Notes under the pieces: model-generated
What the model was told of the DNA's origin: nothing
Seen by the model: only the letters and a program-made list of their open reading frames with translations
The model's database searches: none
Position numbers and translations under genes: made by a program
Source: Candidatus Cloacimonadales bacterium
GTDB taxonomy: Bacteria; Cloacimonadota; Cloacimonadia; Cloacimonadales; DAONDQ01
Reading direction: 5' to 3'
NCBI GenBank assembly: GCA_963662275.1
Contig: OY759316.1
Location: 4,128,001 to 4,192,000 of the forward strand
Length of the DNA stretch: 64,000 nt
Part shown: in pieces, positions 56,450 to 64,000 of the stretch
How positions within the stretch are numbered: the stretch's first letter is position 1
How the letters are laid out: the number at the start of each line of letters is the position of its first letter

Positions 56450-58681
56450 TTATTTTACAATAACCATTTTCTTGGTTGTATTGACACTAGCTGAGCTGAG
56501 TTTGTAGAAATAAATTCCACTGCCACAGACAGCATTACGATCATCACGACCATTCCACTGGATGTTGTGTGCGCCTTCTGAACGGACAAAGGTCTTTACG
56601 GTCTGACCAAGTACGTTGTAGATGGTAAGTGTGGCGTTTTCGCCTCTCTTGACATTCAAACCAATGTTGGTATTGGTATTAACATTGAAAGGATTTGGAT
56701 AAGCATTTTTCAGTTCTGTTGCAACTGGTACTTGTGGAACTGGTGTTTGACCATTCGTTGTTGTAACCATGACAGAATTACTGAAATTGCTTTGTCCACT
56801 GAGAGGAACCATCTCTAACCAATAGTAATATGTAGTTTGAGGATCAACTGAATTATCCACAAAACTATAGTTATGAGTTGAAGATGAGTTTGTTCCAGCG
56901 ATAATTTGGAAGTTTACTTTAACTGCATTGTCAACGTTGCTGTTACTTGAACGATAGACATTGAAACCAAGGTTATCAGTTTCTGATTCGGTCGTCCACT
57001 GCAGATTGACAAACATTTGTGCTGTAGCAACAGCATTGAATGATGACAATTCAACAGGCAGATCCAAGTCTGTGCCCATGATGAGTTCTAATACTCCGCC
57101 TGGAGCTTTTGCAGCCCACGTTGGGATTGGACCTATTGTCAAGGCACCGGCTAAATAACCTGCAGCCGTAAATGGTGCATCACCAAGGACAAAGTCATAA
57201 GGTGGATATTCAACTGTGCCACCATTGAAGGCATAACCAGGAGTAGGAAGGTTAACCATCGGATGATCAGTTGGATAATAACCATCATCGACTCCACCCC
57301 AGTGAATTGCTACATACTTGTAACCGAGAATTGGATCATAATTCAAGACAATTGTTGCGCCATTAAGCTCATTTTGATCTACGACTTCAGCTTTATAAAC
57401 TGCAACAACATTACGATAGCCGTTATAGAATCCTTTTGCTGGTGGAACATATTTTGTGAAAACAATCACACCACCAGTTGATGCTGGTCCTGCGGTACCT
57501 GATAATGTAACGCCACCAGTTGCAGGAAGTGTAAAGCCTGAACCTGCGGTTGCACCAATAACACCAACAGCAGCGGCAACGCCACCACCGGTTGTATTTG
57601 CTGGATTCGTATATACGAAGTTATGTCCACCACTTACAGCGGCTGTAAATTCAAATGGAGCTGGAGTAACCTGGGTAGTAAGATCCATAACTTTGTAAGT
57701 ATGTGAAGTACCGACATTACATGTGAAATGATAAGGTGCTGAATGACCTGTGGTTGTATAAGTTTCACCAATTAATTCATAGATCAGCACGCCGGGGATA
57801 TTGGATGTGACGTAAGCATCATAGGTGGTTGGAAGATCATCTTTCGTAGTGAAATCAAAGACATCTGACCATTCACCATCAGCTCTTGAAGTAGTTGCAG
57901 CACGCTGCATTGAAGGAGCTTTTCCCTTTCCAGGTGCCGTTGTACTTGCCTGTACTTGCCAATAGTAATGAGTTGAAGGTAATGCAGAAATTCCATAAGC
58001 TGTACCGACTACTGCAGCTTGATTATGAATCTGCGCAGTTGCTAATGCACCGGAGGATATTGCATATCTTACATTATAATAAGTAGGTGTTACGATACCA
58101 GCACCGAGAGTATAATCCCAATCCAAGTTAAGAGCACCGAAATCAACTCCTGTCTGATGTAGTGTTGGTGCTGTTAGTGTTGGTACACCAAATACATCTG
58201 GAGCTGGAGTCGGAGGTACTGTTACAGAATAACCGGAATGGATTAAGTCATTATAAATAGCTGCTGTACCTGATGGGACAACAAAATCCCACTGTGAAAA
58301 AGCACGACTTACACCTTTTGTGCCAATATAGGTCAATTTGCAACGAATAATAGTTGTTGCAGGAATTGCTGTAGGCATAAAAGCACTAAATTGAACATAA
58401 ACACGAGGACCGGCTCCAGCTAAACTGAAAACACGTAAACTGGAAATAGGGGTAGGTGTTGACCCACCAGTTGACAATGTTCTGACATAACCGTCAGCGG
58501 AAGTCGTGACTTCCAACAGATAGTTTGGACTCGTCGTTGTTGTTAAAGTGTTAGTTACATAAGTTGTAATCAGGTTTGGAGCTTGGCAAACGATTTCCTG
58601 ATAATAACTTCTTGTGGTTGCATTCAGTGATACGCCTAAAATTAGCGTAAACATTAATACTAAGAATACTAATTTTTTCAT
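56450..58681 (-). CDS. Secreted protein with FN3-like, LPVELSSF and CTD domains
   Basis: Signal peptide; LPVELSSF; YPNPF...KKMVIVK. Confidence 0.85.
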   Translation of the reverse strand: MKKLVFLVLMFTLILGVSLNATTRSYYQEIVCQAPNLITTYVTNTLTTTTSPNYLLEVTTSADGYVRTLSTGGSTPTPISSLRVFSLAGAGPRVYVQFSAFMPTAIPATTIIRCKLTYIGTKGVSRAFSQWDFVVPSGTAAIYNDLIHSGYSVTVPPTPAPDVFGVPTLTAPTLHQTGVDFGALNLDWDYTLGAGIVTPTYYNVRYAISSGALATAQIHNQAAVVGTAYGISALPSTHYYWQVQASTTAPGKGKAPSMQRAATTSRADGEWSDVFDFTTKDDLPTTYDAYVTSNIPGVLIYELIGETYTTTGHSAPYHFTCNVGTSHTYKVMDLTTQVTPAPFEFTAAVSGGHNFVYTNPANTTGGGVAAAVGVIGATAGSGFTLPATGGVTLSGTAGPASTGGVIVFTKYVPPAKGFYNGYRNVVAVYKAEVVDQNELNGATIVLNYDPILGYKYVAIHWGGVDDGYYPTDHPMVNLPTPGYAFNGGTVEYPPYDFVLGDAPFTAAGYLAGALTIGPIPTWAAKAPGGVLELIMGTDLDLPVELSSFNAVATAQMFVNLQWTTESETDNLGFNVYRSSNSNVDNAVKVNFQIIAGTNSSSTHNYSFVDNSVDPQTTYYYWLEMVPLSGQSNFSNSVMVTTTNGQTPVPQVPVATELKNAYPNPFNVNTNTNIGLNVKRGENATLTIYNVLGQTVKTFVRSEGAHNIQWNGRDDRNAVCGSGIYFYKLSSASVNTTKKMVIVK

Positions 58682-58696
58682 ATTTATCCTCCTACA

Positions 58697-59365
58697 TTAT
58701 TTTGTACGGGTTGTACGTGGTGTATGTACTTTGCCGCTGACAATGCCTTTCGCTGAAGGCCAGGTAGCTGCTGTTGCTGCATTAACCATGAATGCTGCAC
58801 CGATGGATGTTGCAGTTTCAGTATCAGACCAACCGAAAACTGAATCATAATCAACTGCATACCAATCTTGAACGTCATTCAGCCATTGATTAACAGTTGT
58901 TACATTACCGGTAAAAGCGTCACCAAATGCACTGATGGTTGCCAAGTCAGAACGATTCAATGGAACCATGACCAAATTCAAACCTTCATACATATTATAT
59001 GAAGGATCTGATGGTAATGGACCCATACTGTAAGCATCAAAAATAGCATTTGAATTTACATAGACAACTTCACCTGGTGAAATGGTAAATACATCTGACC
59101 AGCCAAAGACTTCATCATAATCAATTGCATACCAGTCTTGAATATCAGGCAGCCATTTGTTGACAGTCGAAATATTGCCACCCATCGCGGTACTGAAATC
59201 TTCAGCAGTAGCGAATCCTGGTGCCATTGGAAAGGCGATCAGATTCAACCCTTCTACACATGGATATTTCACATACCCAACTACAGCGCTGGGAGTGGAC
59301 TCAGCGGCTAACAGAAAACTGCTGATAGCCACGAGCATTAACAGAGGGAGTAACACTTTCTTCAT
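58697..59365 (-). CDS. Small secreted protein with two tandem repeats
   Basis: Signal peptide, then AESTPSAVVGY; two EGLNL...P...QDWYA.DYD.VFGWSD repeats; AAGGAGG RBS. Confidence 0.85.
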   Translation of the reverse strand: MKKVLLPLLMLVAISSFLLAAESTPSAVVGYVKYPCVEGLNLIAFPMAPGFATAEDFSTAMGGNISTVNKWLPDIQDWYAIDYDEVFGWSDVFTISPGEVVYVNSNAIFDAYSMGPLPSDPSYNMYEGLNLVMVPLNRSDLATISAFGDAFTGNVTTVNQWLNDVQDWYAVDYDSVFGWSDTETATSIGAAFMVNAATAATWPSAKGIVSGKVHTPRTTRTK

Positions 59366-59436
59366 GTAACCTCCTTAAGGTTAATCATAATTTTTTGTAG
59401 TCTCTTTTTTACAGACCTAGTTACAGATTTCATTGA

Positions 59437-59459
59437 GCGGGGATAAATTAAATCCCCGC
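59437..59459 (-). terminator. Hairpin between the giant adhesin gene and the 222-aa gene
   Basis: GCGGGGAT-loop-ATCCCCGC without a U-tract. Confidence 0.4.
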
Positions 59460-59474
59460 CCAAAATTTAGCAAG

Positions 59475-62400
59475 TTATTTTTTTATCCGCGCCCCTGTTG
59501 TGTTATAGCGAGGATGGATTGAAGCTGGTCTCAGAGCAGTAAGAGTCTGGTTTCTATTTACTTTTTTACTGCCATTGATCGCTGTTACTTTGTAGAACAA
59601 CATTCCGTTGGATGTTGTGTCTAAGTACGAATTCGTCAACACCGCTGTTACAAATGTCCAGAGACTATCAGCAGCATACGGATCCGCAGAAGTGTAGATG
59701 TTATAACCAGTTGCATTTGTGCTTGCCGCCCAATTCAATTGAACTCCAGTTGGCACAACTGTAGCTACGAGGCTATCAGGTACAGTAGGAATTACTGGAG
59801 CAGCCAAACCAGGTAAACCAACATCATCGATATATAACCCGTACATATCTGCAGAATAATATTGGAATGCCAGGCAGACCGTATAACCATCGTAATCAGA
59901 AAGATCAATTTCATATCCTACATATGTCTCGCTATCAAAAGCAGGAACATCTAACAGAGTGACTGTGAAGTCAGCAGGGAGAGTTCCCGTAGTGGAAAGC
60001 ATTACCTTGAAGGATTCAGGATAACTTGCACTCTCTACTCTTGCATAGAATGATATTTTATCACCAGTTACGATATCAAATATGGGTGCAATTAACCAGT
60101 CGTCATTAGCTGATTCATATGGAATACCAGCGGTTTTCACGCCTGAATGTGCATTCGAAGAGTAAATGCCCCAAGTGTTACCATCACCATCAAAGTCATC
60201 TACATACCATCCGGTATATGGTGACACTTCCCAATCCTGGGTTGTGATTCCGGCATTGGATTCGATGGCTACAACTTTATCAGCACCACCATTGGAGTGG
60301 ATCGTCACTGTTTCTGCAAATAAACCCTGTGTATCGGGTTCATAAACAACTTCAACAATGAGAGTAGCTGGTGAAGCTTGAGTGAATGTTGCCGGACCTG
60401 TAATACGATCAGAGGAATATTCAATTGTTCCGGTCAGTACGCCAGGACCTATATTGCTGATTGTGAATGTGTCAGATGTACCGCTGCCTATTGGAGTAAC
60501 AGGCAGGATAATTTTAGTTTTATTAATTGAAATCTCGGGAGTAGTTGGTACAGGATTAATCAGGATGTCATCAAGACCTGAACCATAAGCACTATATGAT
60601 CCATCTGTCTTATAGCGCCAGCGAAGTATTCCAGTTCCTGAATAAGTTGCCAATGATATTGTACTCTGATGAAATGCGGATTCAGAAGATGCAGCAGACA
60701 AAGTATCAAGAGGTGCCCAAGAAGAACCACCGTTCATTGAAATTTCAACAAAAGTAGAATCATGAGCTATGATCTTTGCATCCATATCATTATTCTTCCA
60801 CCACCAGCTTAAGATCATTGGAGCTGATAAATCGATTGGCGGAGTAGTTAAGATCTTGGTTCCAGCCGGGGTATATACAGCGCGTGCACTGTAAGTACCT
60901 GTATTGGGTTCGCTTGAATGCGACCATTGATCTGCAACCCAGCCAGCAGGCGGGAATATGGAATCTTCAAATCCCTGAGTATAGGGGAAGTCCTTGATTG
61001 TAGGATCATCCATCGTCGTGAACTGCCAGATAGGGCAGGTATACAGAAGAGTAGCATCACCATTCAAGTTGTAAGGAATGATCTGCCAATAATAACGCTG
61101 TCCGTATACTAAATCACCGACATCAGGGACAAACGTCGTTACATTATACAAGTCTCTTGCTTCGCAAACGTCTGTCGGTGGATTATCGGTACCTAAAGAA
61201 AGTTTGTAACCGGTAGGTCCGCCGCCGCCTGAAGCCCACTGGAAAGTAGGTAACAGAGAGACACCAGTAGCCATACTATCAGGAAGAATCATGACTGCTG
61301 GATTTGGAGGTGTGGGAGGATCCCAGTGTTCTACATGAATCGTATAATCTTCTGTTTCACCCCAACTATAGGTTCCGACTGCCACGGTGTTTACTTCCGT
61401 GCCACTTTCTCTCAGTACAACACGCAGACGTGTAGATCCTGTATCAGCAAGCGCTGGTACTTCGATAGAGCCATTAATTTGCATGTGTGTTGAAGATGTT
61501 TGTCCAGTCATAACCTGTTCATCAGGTAGATCGAAGGTTCCATTCTGGTTGAAGTCAATAAAGACTTTTCCCCAGCATGGGTAAAAAGTATCTTCATTGA
61601 TCTGATGAATTTGGGTAGGATAACTATGTCCCTGCTGTACATGGATTGTAATCGCTGTGTAATCCGTGTACATATTTACGGATGCAACATTAGGTATAGA
61701 ATCAGGATGTACTGCCGGATTGGTGACATCAGCCATAATGAACTGCCCGATATCATCGTCTAAAGGACTTGTTGCAGTGGATGCGCCATAAGCCCAGCCC
61801 GTGCCTGTTGTGAATCTCCAGGTTGAGCTGCCTGTGGCATCACCATAGGTATTCTTTGCCACAACTTTCCAGAGATACATCGTATTAGCAGTCATCGTTG
61901 GAGGTGTCCAGGTCAAAGGAGTGGTCACGTTTGCATTGGCTGTGCCCGGTAAGGTTTGACCGAAGTACACATCATAAGAGGTTGCTGTCGCAACAGCACC
62001 CCAGGTTACCGAGGCATTTCTGCCAACATTGGCTGCACTATCTGCTGGTGTATGTGTTGTGACTATTGGAGGAACACCGACTGTATAGAAATTCCAAGGT
62101 GTGCAGCCGGTAGCATGACCGACCAAGTTGTAAGGAACAACTTTCCAGTAGTAATGTCCGTTCAGTGCAAGTCCTGCGGGCATATATTTGTTCACAAGAC
62201 CGACATCAACACTATCCACCATATTTGTAGGAGGATTATTGGTTCCTAAATAGATCAGGTAACCGGTTGGATCAGGACCCGAAGAATCTTTGATCCAGCT
62301 AAGGCTATCTGTAAGAGCAATCGAAGTTGCCCCATTCGTAGGATGAGTTACATAAGCAGGCAGTGGAGCTGTAGGAATCTTTTCGACTCTCACATCATCC

Positions 62401-64000
62401 ACGTATATATTGTTACCAAATTGACTCTTGACTTTCAGCATGACATATTTGCCATTACCGCCAGAACTGGTACCGAAAGGTACTACATACTGATGCCAGC
62501 CAGTGGTCGCTGTCGGTGCAAAAACACCGTCTCTCGGAACAAAAGTCAGTTTGGTTGCTGATGTTGTATCGGTAGGAGATGTTCCGTACCATACTGCGAC
62601 GCCTTCATCTGAGAATTTAACAGTATTATAACTGCTGCTCAGATCGCGGTACATCCAGAAGGTTACACGGTAATCATCACCAGGAACATTCATCGGTGGA
62701 GTTGACATCACTGCATGGTTTCCACCGGTAATACTATACGCATTATAGCGAGTCATTCCAACACCGCTATGAGGTGTACAGGCAGGATTAGTTGATGATG
62801 TTGTCTGATAATCCCAGGCTACTGTTGAAGGTGTAGCAATCACCGGGATTTGAGGATCAAGCGCAGAGATGGACTGATTTGTCCAGCCATAAGGTCCGGA
62901 ATAGGCTCTGTTAACATCAAAGCTTTCCACTAATGGGAAAGTTGTGACTAACGGATTCGGACCGACCGTAAATGTCCATACACTTGGTGTTCCGCCTGTT
63001 ACGCCAAAATCGTTCTTCGGAACGATCTTCCAGGTGTAGGCTTGACCGTAGGTCATGGTTGGAGGTGTCCAGCTCAAAGGAGTGGTCACCGTTGCATTGG
63101 CTGTACCTGGCATCGTGGTTCCGAAATACACATCATAGGCTGTGGCGTTCGTCACGGAAGACCAGGTAAGTGTTGCATTGTTCATCACCGGGTTGGCAGC
63201 ATCAGCAGGATAAGGAGTCGTAGCAACTCCGGTTACTAATGAAGCTGTCGTGAATGACCAGGTTGCAGGGGTACTGCAATCACCAACAGCATTTTTAGGA
63301 ACGATTTTCCAATAATAGGGAGTTCCTGCTGTTAGTGGTGAACCATAAGTATAGGTAGAATCTGCTCCATTGTTATAATTACTTACAAGTTCATTGGCAG
63401 CAACAGATGTGCCGAGATTGAACCAGTAACCTGTCGGAGCTGCCCCTAAAGGACCTCTGTGCCAGGTAAAGGTAGGAGAAGGTCCGACCAGGGTTGCAGT
63501 ATTAGCCGGGTATGGCGTCGATGCTGCATCCGGAGTCTGCGGGATCTTCTCAATAATTACATCATCAATATACTGGGATGAACCATATAAGCCCAATCCT
63601 TTGAAGAATATGTATCTGCCAGAACCGGCTCCAACTGGAAGCGCTTGAGTAATTTGCTCCCAGCCCGTGGTCGCATTATAGCAGACTGCTGTTGTAAGCA
63701 GAGTGGCACCAGACAGGGTTGGACTGCTGTTGATATAAACTTCAGTTTTTTCATTCGCGTAAGTCGGATAACCATTATAATGACGATACTGGAATTTAAC
63801 CCTGCAGGCATCAGCCGGCAAAGTCAAACGCGGAGAAATTAAAACACCCTGTGTTCCTGTGGAAAATCCGCCTGAACCAAAATAGGCTGAGCGTGTACCA
63901 CTAACATAATAAGATGTTGAAGGAGCCCATATACCGGTAGATGCTGTTGTGATATCGGTTTTATAGGTTGTCCAGCCAACAGGCATCGTGGAGGCTGCAT
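59475..64000 (-). CDS. Giant secreted adhesin (MAM/cleaved-adhesin, FN3-like, GEVED, Ig domains); 5' end outside window
   Basis: Frame open to the window edge; WGETEDYTI (GEVED), DDWLIAP, repeated YYWKIVP.N..G; C-terminal LNWAAS...FYKVTAIN plus basic tail; no FlgD-type CTD. Confidence 0.88.
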   Translation of the reverse strand, partial: AASTMPVGWTTYKTDITTASTGIWAPSTSYYVSGTRSAYFGSGGFSTGTQGVLISPRLTLPADACRVKFQYRHYNGYPTYANEKTEVYINSSPTLSGATLLTTAVCYNATTGWEQITQALPVGAGSGRYIFFKGLGLYGSSQYIDDVIIEKIPQTPDAASTPYPANTATLVGPSPTFTWHRGPLGAAPTGYWFNLGTSVAANELVSNYNNGADSTYTYGSPLTAGTPYYWKIVPKNAVGDCSTPATWSFTTASLVTGVATTPYPADAANPVMNNATLTWSSVTNATAYDVYFGTTMPGTANATVTTPLSWTPPTMTYGQAYTWKIVPKNDFGVTGGTPSVWTFTVGPNPLVTTFPLVESFDVNRAYSGPYGWTNQSISALDPQIPVIATPSTVAWDYQTTSSTNPACTPHSGVGMTRYNAYSITGGNHAVMSTPPMNVPGDDYRVTFWMYRDLSSSYNTVKFSDEGVAVWYGTSPTDTTSATKLTFVPRDGVFAPTATTGWHQYVVPFGTSSGGNGKYVMLKVKSQFGNNIYVDDVRVEKIPTAPLPAYVTHPTNGATSIALTDSLSWIKDSSGPDPTGYLIYLGTNNPPTNMVDSVDVGLVNKYMPAGLALNGHYYWKVVPYNLVGHATGCTPWNFYTVGVPPIVTTHTPADSAANVGRNASVTWGAVATATSYDVYFGQTLPGTANANVTTPLTWTPPTMTANTMYLWKVVAKNTYGDATGSSTWRFTTGTGWAYGASTATSPLDDDIGQFIMADVTNPAVHPDSIPNVASVNMYTDYTAITIHVQQGHSYPTQIHQINEDTFYPCWGKVFIDFNQNGTFDLPDEQVMTGQTSSTHMQINGSIEVPALADTGSTRLRVVLRESGTEVNTVAVGTYSWGETEDYTIHVEHWDPPTPPNPAVMILPDSMATGVSLLPTFQWASGGGGPTGYKLSLGTDNPPTDVCEARDLYNVTTFVPDVGDLVYGQRYYWQIIPYNLNGDATLLYTCPIWQFTTMDDPTIKDFPYTQGFEDSIFPPAGWVADQWSHSSEPNTGTYSARAVYTPAGTKILTTPPIDLSAPMILSWWWKNNDMDAKIIAHDSTFVEISMNGGSSWAPLDTLSAASSESAFHQSTISLATYSGTGILRWRYKTDGSYSAYGSGLDDILINPVPTTPEISINKTKIILPVTPIGSGTSDTFTISNIGPGVLTGTIEYSSDRITGPATFTQASPATLIVEVVYEPDTQGLFAETVTIHSNGGADKVVAIESNAGITTQDWEVSPYTGWYVDDFDGDGNTWGIYSSNAHSGVKTAGIPYESANDDWLIAPIFDIVTGDKISFYARVESASYPESFKVMLSTTGTLPADFTVTLLDVPAFDSETYVGYEIDLSDYDGYTVCLAFQYYSADMYGLYIDDVGLPGLAAPVIPTVPDSLVATVVPTGVQLNWAASTNATGYNIYTSADPYAADSLWTFVTAVLTNSYLDTTSNGMLFYKVTAINGSKKVNRNQTLTALRPASIHPRYNTTGARIKK

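Overview
Low-GC bacterial chromosomal window. The gene families (many large secreted proteins with FlgD-Ig/T9SS type-A-like C-terminal domains, GlmL/MutL, RNase HIII) suggest Cloacimonadota or a related FCB-group lineage; this is an inference. 1-10.5 kb: 5'-nucleotidase, anti-sigma factor, 2-hydroxyacid dehydrogenase, rnhC, a complete IS with an 8-bp target duplication, two sugar-nucleotide enzymes, a GIY-YIG pseudogene and htpG with a CIRCE operator. 10.6-16.4 kb: a diverged direct duplication around an AT-rich ORFan insert. 16-27 kb and 42.6-64 kb: two arrays of secreted Ig/FN3/beta-helix proteins. 27.5-42.2 kb: a housekeeping run (glmL-like, comF, purQ/S/B, lgt, etfB, DegT, SLBB, epimerase, ThrE pair). 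The most unusual signals are non-coding. (i) A small GIY-YIG gene is bounded by two hairpin ends, and the same ends recur twice as gene-less 118-bp mini-elements, each nested in a second modular repeat family. (ii) A decayed four-helix-bundle gene lies between inverted heptamer arrays. (iii) A covarying GTAG-type REP family is dispersed through the window. At protein level, two large secreted proteins end in an FN3-like domain lacking its last strand, while a neighbouring small protein starts with a matching strand-like peptide (possible donor-strand complementation). No rRNA, tRNA or CRISPR array was seen.
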